64,000 nt of DNA from Cyanobacteria bacterium P01_D01_bin.156 (GTDB lineage: Bacteria > Cyanobacteriota > Cyanobacteriia > Phormidesmidales > Phormidesmidaceae), in assembly GCA_039024555.1 (NCBI GenBank), contig JBCCQQ010000005.1, forward strand, positions 1 through 64,000. The letters are read 5' to 3'. The position numbers and the translations under genes are program-made. The notes under the pieces are model-generated. The model was not told the origin of the DNA. It made no database searches and saw only the letters and a list, made by a program, of their open reading frames with translations. Of the stretch, positions 20,364 through 29,777 are shown piece by piece; positions within the stretch are counted from its first letter, which is position 1, and every line of letters starts with the position of its first letter.

Positions 20364-21713
20364 ATGGGAGGATATTTAGCCTATACAGAATATAGGGATT
20401 CTGGAGTTGAGTGGTTGGGAGATATCCCTTCTCGCTGGAAAGCTATAAGACTAGCCTTTCTTACAGACAAGATTGGAGATGGTATTCATGCAACACCTAA
20501 ATATGTAGAAAAATCCTCCTATCACTTTATCAATGGCAATAATTTGGTCAATGGTCGTATTTATATTGATGAATCTACAAAATGTGTTGGCAAAAATGAG
20601 TTTGACGTATACAACCTGAAATTGAGTCAAAACACTTTACTTTTGTCCATCAACGGCACTATTGGAAACGTAGCTTACTATAACAACGAGAGCGTCGTAC
20701 TGGGGAAAAGTGCAGCATATATTAGTTGCAAGGTAGTTCTCTCAAGATTTTTTCTGTATTTTTTCCTAAATTCTTCATCAGCCAGAAACTATTTCTTTTT
20801 TGAAGTCACTGGAACAACAATTTTCAATCTGTCATTGAAATCACTCAAAAATCTATTTATTCCTCTTCCTACTCTCGCTGAACAACAACAAATCGCAGCC
20901 TTCCTCGACTACAAGACCGCCCAGATTGACGCGCTGATTGCAAAAAAAGAAGCCCTGCTCGAAAAGCTGGCAGAAAAGCGCACGGCCCTTATCAGTCAGG
21001 CCGTCACCAAAGGACTCGACCCCACCGTCCCCATGAAGGACTCCGGCATCGAGTGGCTAGACGAAATTCCCGAGCATTGGGAAATCAAAAGACAGCGATT
21101 CCTTTTCGAGATGACTGGAGGAAGCACTCCGAGTAAAAATAACCCTGACTTTTGGGACGGTGATATTCCTTGGGTTTCCCCAAAAGATATGAAGCGACCT
21201 AGATTAGATGGGTCTATTGATCGATTGTCGCAGGAAGCTCTTGAGCAAACATCAATTCATCTTCATTCTAGTGGCAAGGTTCTCATCGTTGTTCGGGGCA
21301 TGATTCTGGCACACACATTTCCAGTTGCAGTTAATGATGTTCAAGTGACTGTCAATCAGGATATGAAGGTTCTGGATACGACACTAAATCCAGAATATCT
21401 GGCAATTCTACTAAGAGGAATTTCAAGCCTTGTGCTTAGTATCGTCGAGGAATCTGCTCACGGAACTAAAGTACTTCGAACAGATCTATTCAAGAATATT
21501 TTTATCCCTGTTCCCCCTTTCCTTGAGCAAGAGAACATTGTCAAGTACGTCAAAGATGTCACTGATGAAACTGACAAGATGATCGGGTTTATCACAGCAG
21601 CGGTCAAACGTCTCAAGGAATATCGCACTGCCCTCGTTACTAACGCTGTCACCGGCAAAATTGACGTGCGTGACATCAAGCTCCCCGGAACTAAACCCGT
21701 CACAGTTAACTAG
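20364..21713 (+). CDS. hsdS: Type I RM specificity subunit S
   Basis: Repeated DSGVEWLGDIP / DSGIEWLDEIP, LPTLAEQQQI and PPFLEQENIV; two target-recognition domains. The stop position appears to be ~21711-21713. Confidence 0.96.
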   Translation: MGGYLAYTEYRDSGVEWLGDIPSRWKAIRLAFLTDKIGDGIHATPKYVEKSSYHFINGNNLVNGRIYIDESTKCVGKNEFDVYNLKLSQNTLLLSINGTIGNVAYYNNESVVLGKSAAYISCKVVLSRFFLYFFLNSSSARNYFFFEVTGTTIFNLSLKSLKNLFIPLPTLAEQQQIAAFLDYKTAQIDALIAKKEALLEKLAEKRTALISQAVTKGLDPTVPMKDSGIEWLDEIPEHWEIKRQRFLFEMTGGSTPSKNNPDFWDGDIPWVSPKDMKRPRLDGSIDRLSQEALEQTSIHLHSSGKVLIVVRGMILAHTFPVAVNDVQVTVNQDMKVLDTTLNPEYLAILLRGISSLVLSIVEESAHGTKVLRTDLFKNIFIPVPPFLEQENIVKYVKDVTDETDKMIGFITAAVKRLKEYRTALVTNAVTGKIDVRDIKLPGTKPVTVN

Positions 21714-21747
21714 GCATCTCATTCTTGAAATCTACTTAATATTCAAT

Positions 21748-22593
21748 ATGAAAAAAGCTATTGCCACTTTTTTTTCGCTAGGCGTGATTTCTATAGTAGT
21801 GCTCACTGCCTTAGGCTATTACTACTGTTGGGATTGGGTAGGTGTCAGCAACTACACGCCGCCTAAAACAAATCAAGTTCAAGAATGCCAGCGAACAAAA
21901 ACGTTGTGGGACTGGATGGAGCTTTTAATAGTTCCAGTCACTCTTTCTGGAGGTGCATGGCTTATCAGTGAGCGTCAGAAAGCAAGTGACGAAAAGCAGG
22001 CAAATGAGCGTAGAAAACAAGTAGACTATGAGTCATATTTATCAAGAATATCGAAAATTCTTGATAAATATCCTAATGCGAGAACGCTTGAAGAGTCTGG
22101 TTTTGATAAGTCTACAATAAGAGCCTGGACATTAGTTGTACTCAGGCGTCTGGACCCAGCAAGGAAAGGCGATATTATCCAGTATCTATATGAGACTGAT
22201 CTCATTTCTACAGATTATTGCCTTGTTGATCTTCAGGAAGCAGATTTGTCTGGTGCCGATCTGGAAAATCGTTTTCTACCAGGTATCGATTTAAGCCGAA
22301 GTATTTTGACGGGAGCTAATTTGAAAGGAGTCGTGCTTGGCGGGGAGTTTCTAATTGAGGGAGCTGAGCCAAGTGAACCGTTATCCAAAGGCAAATTAAA
22401 TAGTTCAAATCTCGCAGGAGTGGATTTGACTGAAGCAGACTTAACCGGTGCCAGATTGGGAGGTGTAAATCTCAAAAAAGTAGTCTGGAAGCAAGCTGTG
22501 CTCAAGGGCGCAAATCTCAAGGGTGCTCAGGTAGATGATGTGCAGGCACTCAAGAAAGAAGCAAAAGTTGACTGTAAAACTGTATTCCCCTAA
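21748..22593 (+). CDS. Membrane-anchored pentapeptide repeat protein
   Basis: N-terminal hydrophobic spans, KTLWDWMELLIVP, and C-terminal A(D/N)LXX repeats. Confidence 0.85.
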   Translation: MKKAIATFFSLGVISIVVLTALGYYYCWDWVGVSNYTPPKTNQVQECQRTKTLWDWMELLIVPVTLSGGAWLISERQKASDEKQANERRKQVDYESYLSRISKILDKYPNARTLEESGFDKSTIRAWTLVVLRRLDPARKGDIIQYLYETDLISTDYCLVDLQEADLSGADLENRFLPGIDLSRSILTGANLKGVVLGGEFLIEGAEPSEPLSKGKLNSSNLAGVDLTEADLTGARLGGVNLKKVVWKQAVLKGANLKGAQVDDVQALKKEAKVDCKTVFP

Positions 22594-23000
22594 TCGTGCT
22601 TCATCGTTTGTGGCTTACAAAGGTTGTTTACCTTAGATAAGAAAATCCATGTGTAAGGTTATCGACCTCAGCCTTACATGTGAGCAATCAACCAGCCGTT
22701 TCAGTCATGTTTAATGGACTAGCCTAGGATGCGCGTTAACACTACGGTTTATTTGATCAGCAAACGCCTCCAGCCTCTGAATTTATTGAAAGCCTTGTGA
22801 AGCAAGGATTCCCTATTTGATGGTTATTTGATCGAGGGGGCGATCACCTATGCTCTACTCCTGAACATGGCAGTTCTTTGGCAAAAGTTAAAGTTCCGGA
22901 AGGAACCTGAATTTAACTGGTAATGCCTGTAGGGGCATACATAAACTAAATTTGATGCAGCTAGAGCAGCGATTCAGGCCAGAAAGTCAGGAATGCCCCT

Positions 23001-26000
23001 ATGCATAAGGAAATCAACTTTGAAGATGCCATCGAGCAGGTGCTGACCTCCGAGGGGGGCTACACCCAGGGCAATCCTAACGACTACGATCCTGATTGCG
23101 CCCTCTTCCCCAGAGATGTCATCACCTTTGTCCAGGACACCCAGCCCAAATTCTGGCAGCGGTTAGTCGACCTCAACAAAGACAAGGCCGATACTGTCCT
23201 GCTCGATAGCCTGGTCAAAGAACTCCACAGCAAAGGCATGCTCACCGTGCTGCGCCAGGGCTTCAAATGCTTTGGCAAGACCGTAAAGATGGCCTATTTC
23301 GAGCCCAATACCGGCATGAACCCCGAGGCCTTTACCCGCTACGAGCAAAACCGCCTCACCATCACCCGCCAGGTCACCACCACCACCGGAGCCATCCCCG
23401 ACATCGTCCTGGCCATCAACGGCCTACCCATCGCCACCCTGGAACTCAAAAACGCCATGAGTAGCGAAACAACCTATAAAAATGCAGAAAAGCAATATCG
23501 GGATCGAGATCCCAAGGAGCTGCTGTTTGCCTTTAAACAGCGCTGCCTGGTCCACTTTGCAGTGGATACCGACCAAGTTTCCATGACCACCAAGCTCGAC
23601 GGCAAAAGCACCTATTTCCTCCCCTTTAACCGGGGCGACAACCACGGGGCAGGCAACCCAGCCGTTGACGGCGACTACCGCACCAGCTACCTGTGGAATG
23701 AAACCCTCAGCCGTCGAAGCCTGCTAGATATCCTGGCTCGATTCCTGCACCTGGAAATCAAGGAAAAGACCATCGCCACAGAAAAAGGACTCAAACGCAC
23801 CCGCAAAGAAACCCTGATCTTCCCTAGGTATCACCAGCTCGATGTGGTGCGTAAGCTAATTGACCACGCCTGGGCCAACAGTTCCGGTCACAATTATCTA
23901 ATCCAACATTCCGCCGGGTCCGGTAAATCCAACTCCATTGCCTGGCTCGCCCATCGTCTGGCCAACCTCCACGATGCGGAGGATACCAAGATTTTCCATT
24001 CTGTCATTGTTATCACCGACCGCCGCGTTCTCGATCAACAGCTGCAAAACACCATCTATCAATTCGAGCATAAACAGGGTGTAGTACAAAAAATTGACCA
24101 AGATACCCAGCAGTTGGCTAAGTCCCTATCCGATGGTGTACCCATCATCATCACTACCATCCAGAAATTTCCCTTTATTGCCCAGGCTATCCAAACCCTG
24201 GAGAAGAAAGGCCAAACTCTTGACCTATCTACGGCAGGTAAACGCTTTGCCGTCATCGTAGACGAGGCCCACAGTTCCCAAAGTGGAGAAACCGCCATGG
24301 AGCTGCGTAAAGTACTCAACAAAGACGGGATTGAAAGTGTTATTGCCTCCCAGCTCATCGACCTGGAAGACGAAGCCCTTAGCGACGAGGCTAAACAAAA
24401 CCTGATCCGCGAGCAGCAAAAGCGAGCCAAACAACCTAACCTCAGCTTCTTCGCCTTTACCGCCACACCCAAGTTCAAAACCAAAGTCTTTTTTGACGAA
24501 CCCGGCGAAGATGGCCAATCTCCATTCCACCTCTACAGCATGCGCCAGGCCATCGAAGAAAAATTCATCATGGACGTGCTGGAGAACTACACCTGCTACA
24601 AGCGCTACTACGAGCTTGTCCAGGCCGCTGTCAATGATCCAGAAGTGCCCCGTCGTAAAGCCGCCCGTGCCCTAGCCCGATTTGTTGATCTGCACCCCTA
24701 CAACATTGCCCAGAAGGTCGAAATTATGGTGGAGCACTTTCGTAAAAATACTTTCCACAAAATCGGCGGCAGGGCCAAGGCTATGGTGGTCACCAACTCC
24801 CGAGAACATGTGGTGCGCTATAAACTGGCCTTTGACAAATATATTCAAGAGAAAGGCTACAAAGACATTAAAACCCTGGTCGCCTTCACCGGAGACATCA
24901 CCCTTGAGGACCTACCCGACGAGAAATATACCGAAGTCGGCATGAACAGGGGCATCAAGGAAAAGGAACTGCCCAAAAAGTTTGATACCGAAGAATACCA
25001 AATCCTACTGGTGGCCGAAAAGTACCAAACCGGCTTCGATCAGCCCCTATTGCATACCATGTATGTCGATAAACGCCTCTCCGGTATCCAAGCTGTCCAA
25101 ACCCTGTCCCGTCTTAATCGCACCACCCCGGGCAAAACAGATACCTTTGTACTCGACTTCGTCAACGAACCGGAAGATATCTACGCCGCCTTTAAGCCCT
25201 ATTACGAAACCACCCCCATCGGTGAGCAATCAGACCCCCAACAGCTCAATGACCTCTCCCACCGTCTATTCCAATGGCAGGTCTTTTACCCAGAGGACAT
25301 CAACGACTGGTGCGAAGTCTGGTTCCGCAACCGCATGAGCCCCACCGGAGGCGAGCACAAGAAACTCAACAGCATTCTCGATCGGGTGGTCAATCGTTAC
25401 ACAGCCCTGGAAGAAGAAGAACAGGCCCTATTCAAAAGCCAGCTCGTCAGCTTTCGCAATCTGTATCTATTCCTTTCCCAAGTCATTCCCTATCAGGACT
25501 CTGACTTAGAAAAACTCTACACCTTTGGCCGTTATCTACTGACCAAGCTACCCCGCCATCAGGACAGCCCCACTGTCAGAATCGATGACGAAGTAGCCCT
25601 GAAATACTACCGCCTCGAAAAAATCAGTGAGGGCAGCATCAATCTAAAAACAGGCGAAGCTGAAGCCCTCTACGGTCCCCGCGAAGTCGGCACAGGACAA
25701 GCTGAAGACTCTGTCCAACTCTCTACCCTGGTGGAAAAGCTCAATGAACGCTTTGGCACTGAATTCACCCTGGCCGATCAGCTATTTTTTGATCAGGTGC
25801 GCGAAACCGCCGTCGCCAATGAGCAAATCCGTCAGGCCGCCACCGTCAATTCTGCCGAAAACTTCGAACCCGTCTTTGGCAAACTCCTAGAAAACCTCTT
25901 TATCGAGCGCATGGAAGGCAACGAGGAGATATTTACCCGACTAATGAACGATGATGACTTTCGTCAGGAAGCTGCCAACGCTCTGATGTGGGACGTTTAT

Positions 26001-26024
26001 AATCAGATCAGAAAAAACATTTAA
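23001..26024 (+). CDS. hsdR: Type I RM endonuclease subunit R
   Basis: PDIVLAINGLPIATLELKN, QHSAGSGKS, VDEAHSSQ, FTATPK, QTGFDQP, QTLSRLNR. Confidence 0.97.
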   Translation: MHKEINFEDAIEQVLTSEGGYTQGNPNDYDPDCALFPRDVITFVQDTQPKFWQRLVDLNKDKADTVLLDSLVKELHSKGMLTVLRQGFKCFGKTVKMAYFEPNTGMNPEAFTRYEQNRLTITRQVTTTTGAIPDIVLAINGLPIATLELKNAMSSETTYKNAEKQYRDRDPKELLFAFKQRCLVHFAVDTDQVSMTTKLDGKSTYFLPFNRGDNHGAGNPAVDGDYRTSYLWNETLSRRSLLDILARFLHLEIKEKTIATEKGLKRTRKETLIFPRYHQLDVVRKLIDHAWANSSGHNYLIQHSAGSGKSNSIAWLAHRLANLHDAEDTKIFHSVIVITDRRVLDQQLQNTIYQFEHKQGVVQKIDQDTQQLAKSLSDGVPIIITTIQKFPFIAQAIQTLEKKGQTLDLSTAGKRFAVIVDEAHSSQSGETAMELRKVLNKDGIESVIASQLIDLEDEALSDEAKQNLIREQQKRAKQPNLSFFAFTATPKFKTKVFFDEPGEDGQSPFHLYSMRQAIEEKFIMDVLENYTCYKRYYELVQAAVNDPEVPRRKAARALARFVDLHPYNIAQKVEIMVEHFRKNTFHKIGGRAKAMVVTNSREHVVRYKLAFDKYIQEKGYKDIKTLVAFTGDITLEDLPDEKYTEVGMNRGIKEKELPKKFDTEEYQILLVAEKYQTGFDQPLLHTMYVDKRLSGIQAVQTLSRLNRTTPGKTDTFVLDFVNEPEDIYAAFKPYYETTPIGEQSDPQQLNDLSHRLFQWQVFYPEDINDWCEVWFRNRMSPTGGEHKKLNSILDRVVNRYTALEEEEQALFKSQLVSFRNLYLFLSQVIPYQDSDLEKLYTFGRYLLTKLPRHQDSPTVRIDDEVALKYYRLEKISEGSINLKTGEAEALYGPREVGTGQAEDSVQLSTLVEKLNERFGTEFTLADQLFFDQVRETAVANEQIRQAATVNSAENFEPVFGKLLENLFIERMEGNEEIFTRLMNDDDFRQEAANALMWDVYNQIRKNI

Positions 26025-26103
26025 TAATGCTCATACGCGCTTGGATGTTTGTTATGTAGCCTTGCAAACAGACCAATACATTCAAGAAACCAAAATTTTG
26101 AAA

Positions 26104-26177
26104 TGGACGTACGCCGACTCGAACGGCGGACCTCATCGATGTCAACGATGCGCTCTAACCAACTGAGCTATACGTCC
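26104..26177 (-). tRNA. trnV: tRNA-Val(GAC)
   Basis: Reverse complement GGACGTATAGCTCAGTTGGTTAGAGCGCATCGTTGACATCGATGAGGTCCGCCGTTCGAGTCGGCGTACGTCCA folds as a cloverleaf with anticodon GAC; CCA is not encoded. Confidence 0.96.
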
Positions 26178-26329
26178 TTAATGGCTTATAAGCCTAACAC
26201 AGCAATTCCAGCGTAGCAATGTACTTTACAAAGATTGCGGAATAATGCTTCAGGCAAGGGCAGAAGACCGAATCCTGGTGTCCGCTAAATTCATTTACGA
26301 TAAATCAGGATGTAGATAGCGACGGATTT

Positions 26330-27091
26330 ATGAACTGGCGAGAGGTGGCGGGAAACTGGTTATTAATACCACCCAATCCAGTGGGGATTATTCATTTCTT
26401 AGGAGGGGCCTTTGTGGCAGCAGCCCCCAGTGTCACCTACGGGTGGCTACTGGAAAATCTTTATCAGTATGGCTACATAATCGTCGCTACACCATTTATC
26501 AATACCTTTGACCACGGCGCGATCGCAACCGAAGTGCTCACCACCTTCGACCAGGCCATGATCTACCTGCGGCGTCAGGTCATCGGCGATCGCTACCTGC
26601 CCATCTACGGCATGGGCCACAGCATGGGCTGCAAAGTACATCTGCTCATGGCCAGTTTGTACCGCTTAGACCGGGCGGGAAACATTCTCATGTCCTTTAA
26701 CAACTATCCAGCTCGTAAATCCATTCCCCTACTCGAACAGTTTGTCCAGTTTGCCCCCGACTTTGAAGTGGAGTTTACCCCTAGCCCTGAACGCACCCTG
26801 GACCTAGTTCGCGATCGCTACACCGTAGGCCGCAACCTACTGATCAAATTCCGCAAAGACACTATCGACCAAACCTACGACCTCAGCGATGTGCTCTATC
26901 AGCGCTTCCCGCAATACACCGCCATCCAAATTCTCAAAGGCACCCACACCACCCCCATCGCCCAGGATGTCCGCTGGCAAGCCGGGTCTTCATTTACAGC
27001 GTTTGATGCCATTGGCCAGTTTGTAAAGCAAGAATTTTATCGAGACCTAGGGCAGTTAAAAGACACCGTTGTGCAATGGCTAGGCGTCTAA
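26330..27091 (+). CDS. DUF1350 family alpha/beta hydrolase-like protein
   Basis: IHFLGGAFV..P, GHSMGCK, ISFNN-like MSFNNY, GTHTTP. Confidence 0.88.
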   Translation: MNWREVAGNWLLIPPNPVGIIHFLGGAFVAAAPSVTYGWLLENLYQYGYIIVATPFINTFDHGAIATEVLTTFDQAMIYLRRQVIGDRYLPIYGMGHSMGCKVHLLMASLYRLDRAGNILMSFNNYPARKSIPLLEQFVQFAPDFEVEFTPSPERTLDLVRDRYTVGRNLLIKFRKDTIDQTYDLSDVLYQRFPQYTAIQILKGTHTTPIAQDVRWQAGSSFTAFDAIGQFVKQEFYRDLGQLKDTVVQWLGV

Positions 27092-27095
27092 AGAC

Positions 27096-27177
27096 GGAAT
27101 TTTGAATTGGGAATTCGGAGTTCGGAATGTCTCCCATTTCCAACTTCCGAACTCCGAATTCTGACTTCCAACTTCCC
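27096..27177. repeat. Inverted block of 7-bp tandem repeats (STRR-like)
   Basis: GGAATTT/TGAATTG/GGAATTC/GGAGTTC/GGAATGT followed by the complementary TCCAACT/TCCGAAC/TCCGAAT/TCTGACT/TCCAACT. Confidence 0.65.
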
Positions 27178-27364
27178 CCAGCCAAAATTTCTCAGCTCAA
27201 GTTGTTAGCCATCCAGGGGGGCAACTAGATTTCCGCCTACTAAAGGACGACGGATTAAATATTTGCTGCTAGGGTATTTACGTTCTGGCATTAATTGCCC
27301 ACGGCACCTATTCACAGATAAGACCAATCATCTTTGATGGGAACTATGGGGCCGGGGTTGTGCA

Positions 27365-28783
27365 ATGCCTCACGATACTTATTCTCTGCTTCTCGCCATG
27401 CTGTTTCGCTTGCTGACCGTTGGAACTGCCTCATTGCTGATAATGCTAAGCCAGCCGGTCTGGGCTAATAGCCCGATTGCCCAAGCCGATGGAGAATCGG
27501 TCGAGGCTGCAGAAGACAATACTGAAACAACAGATTCTGACGAGGCGGCAGAGCAGCCCCTAGATGAAGTGGATCAGCTAATTCTAACGGCGCTGAGTCA
27601 ATACGATAGCCGTAACCTAGAGGCAGCACAGGCAACCTTAGAAAATGCCCTAGCAGCTGCCCGTAGCAATGAAAATCAGCCCCAAGAAGCCTTTGCGCTA
27701 ACCATGTTGGGGGTAATTACGGTTAATAAAGGGGACTATCCTGCTGCTGCTGACTATGGTGAGGCCGCTATTACGGCCCTTGAGGGGGTGGATGATCCTC
27801 AATCTCAAGTGGTCGCCCTCAATGTGCGAGCGCGGGCAGCCCAGGGGCAGGGGAATTTACCGGAAGCGCTGAACTATGGCCAAGCGGCCCTCCAGCTAGC
27901 AGAATCCATTGGGTTTGATTCGGGGCAGTTAAATTCTCTACATATTCTGGCCACTACCTTTACAGCAATTGAGCAATATCCCCTGGCACTGCAGGCGGCC
28001 CAGGAGGCTATTCCCCTGGCTCAATCAGAGCGGGATGGAGATATTTTACTGAGCTCCTTAAATGTAGCTAGCTCTGCGCTTTTAGCCCTAGAACAGTATG
28101 AATCAGCCCTCACCGCCGCGACCGATGCTCTGAATGTCGCAACTCAGCTGGAGAGTAAACGGGGACAGACGTTGGCACTGCACCATCAGGGCATTGCTAA
28201 CTACCGACTCTCAAATTTAGATAAGGCCATTGAAACCCAAACTGAGGCCCTCAAACTGGCCCAGGAACTGAACATTTTAGATGTACAGTTTACGGCGCTG
28301 TATGTGTTGGCCCTGTCATACTACGACAATGGTGATGTGAATAAGGCAATCGATCTGTACCAGCAGCGTCTAGAACTGAGCCAGAGTGAGGGAGCTCTGG
28401 GTGCTGAGCTGCAATCTCTGCTGTGGCTAGGATCTGCCTATCTAGACAGTGACCAGTATCAGGATGCGATCGCAGCTTTCAACACCCTCTTAACCCTATC
28501 GGAAGAACGGAGTCAGCCCCTGTTTACGCGCTGGGGACTATCGGGTCTGGGGTTTGCGAACTTCCAGCTAGAGGACTATCCGGTTGCTCAAGGTCATTTT
28601 GAACAGGCCCTAGAGCTCTCTAAATCCATTGGCGATCGTCGTTCAGAGCTAGAGTTCTTAGACATATTGACTGAGGTTCATGAGGCTCAAAACAACGGTG
28701 AACAGGCTGAAGCCTATGCCGCTGAAGCTGAGGCCCTGCGCTTGGAAGTAGACGCTGAAGAACCTGCGCCAGCTGGCGAATAG
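27365..28783 (+). CDS. Secreted tetratricopeptide repeat protein
   Basis: Signal-peptide-like N-terminus, an acidic linker, and many ~40-aa TPR-like units. Confidence 0.85.
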   Translation: MPHDTYSLLLAMLFRLLTVGTASLLIMLSQPVWANSPIAQADGESVEAAEDNTETTDSDEAAEQPLDEVDQLILTALSQYDSRNLEAAQATLENALAAARSNENQPQEAFALTMLGVITVNKGDYPAAADYGEAAITALEGVDDPQSQVVALNVRARAAQGQGNLPEALNYGQAALQLAESIGFDSGQLNSLHILATTFTAIEQYPLALQAAQEAIPLAQSERDGDILLSSLNVASSALLALEQYESALTAATDALNVATQLESKRGQTLALHHQGIANYRLSNLDKAIETQTEALKLAQELNILDVQFTALYVLALSYYDNGDVNKAIDLYQQRLELSQSEGALGAELQSLLWLGSAYLDSDQYQDAIAAFNTLLTLSEERSQPLFTRWGLSGLGFANFQLEDYPVAQGHFEQALELSKSIGDRRSELEFLDILTEVHEAQNNGEQAEAYAAEAEALRLEVDAEEPAPAGE

Positions 28784-28831
28784 TGGATATCGAATAAAAT
28801 AACTCCCAAACGTCTGGAAATAATATAAACA

Positions 28832-28871
28832 GCAACGGGGTGAGGAAGATTAATCTTCCTCACCCCGTTGC
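28832..28871. terminator. Perfect 40-bp palindrome between convergent genes
   Basis: GCAACGGGGTGAGGAAGATT|AATCTTCCTCACCCCGTTGC. Confidence 0.6.
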
Positions 28872-29115
28872 CATAGTAAGAGCCTAAGTCTTAAGTGACT
28901 ATGCCTAGAATAATGCGCCCTAGCGGGGCAAGTGGTTTAGAAATAAATCTTTCGTATACAAGTTCAATGTACCCACAGACATACTCAACAACCGTGCGTA
29001 GAATCACATATTTTTAAGTTTGATATCACAGTATCTATGCAAAGCATTGAGGAATGCTGATTCTACGCCTATTGGCTTACTTGCCACGACAAAAAATAGT
29101 GTCTGGCGATGGGCC

Positions 29116-29499
29116 TCACCCTTCATATAGCTCCAGAGGTAAACCATCTGGGTCTTGGAAAAAAGTGAACCGTTTGCCCGTGAGCTCATCCATACGCACG
29201 GGTTCCACCTCCACTGCATGGGTCTTTAGGTAATCAATACAGTCGTCTAAATCGTCCACTGCCAGTGCTAAATGGCGTAACCCGCAGGCTTCGGGTCGAG
29301 TGGGTCTAGGTGGGGGGGTAGGAAATGAAAATAACTCAAGCTGAGCGGTGCCAAGCTGCAAATCAAGCTTGTGGGAGCAACGCTGCTCACGCCAGGTTTC
29401 ACAGATGACGTTGGCACCTAGTAGGTCAACGTAAAAGTGTTTGGATCGCTCATAGTCAGAGCAAATGATGGCAATGTGGTGGATCGTTTTAATGTGCAT
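29116..29499 (-). CDS. VOC/glyoxalase family protein (YaeR/GloA2-like)
   Basis: HHIAIICSDY.RSK.FY, LELFSFP, EACGLRHLAL, FFQDPDGLPLELYE. Confidence 0.92.
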   Translation of the reverse strand: MHIKTIHHIAIICSDYERSKHFYVDLLGANVICETWREQRCSHKLDLQLGTAQLELFSFPTPPPRPTRPEACGLRHLALAVDDLDDCIDYLKTHAVEVEPVRMDELTGKRFTFFQDPDGLPLELYEG

Positions 29500-29712
29500 G
29501 GTTAACTGCGCTGACGTACAATTGCATGGTTTTGTCAACTCTGTTTCAGGGTTTATTGGCAAAAGCTGACTTTAAAAAACGCCTAGCTACGATGATTCGT
29601 ACTCGGACATTTTTTTTGTTGAATCGATACGTTACTTGAGAGTTTCCCCTGCTAATCTAGAGGTGGCTTATAAATGTCTGGTGCATAGCATTTACAATAA
29701 CTTGGCAAATTT

Positions 29713-29745
29713 CCCCGATCCACTGCGGTCGGGGTTTCACTTTTT
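29713..29745 (+). terminator. Intrinsic terminator-like hairpin
   Basis: CCCCGATC-CACTGC-GGTCGGGG followed by TTTCACTTTTT. Confidence 0.55.
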
Positions 29746-29777
29746 AGGTATTTTTATAAGCTGTTTCAGCGCAGCGT

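Noticed and set aside
22620..22860. Hairpins and TTATTTGATC direct repeats upstream of hsdR as an element or ncRNA
   Set aside because: No terminal repeats with target duplication or recognisable RNA motif; too weak to call.
27096..27177. Possible CRISPR array
   Set aside because: Only 7-bp tandem units with no spacers; no cas genes in the window.
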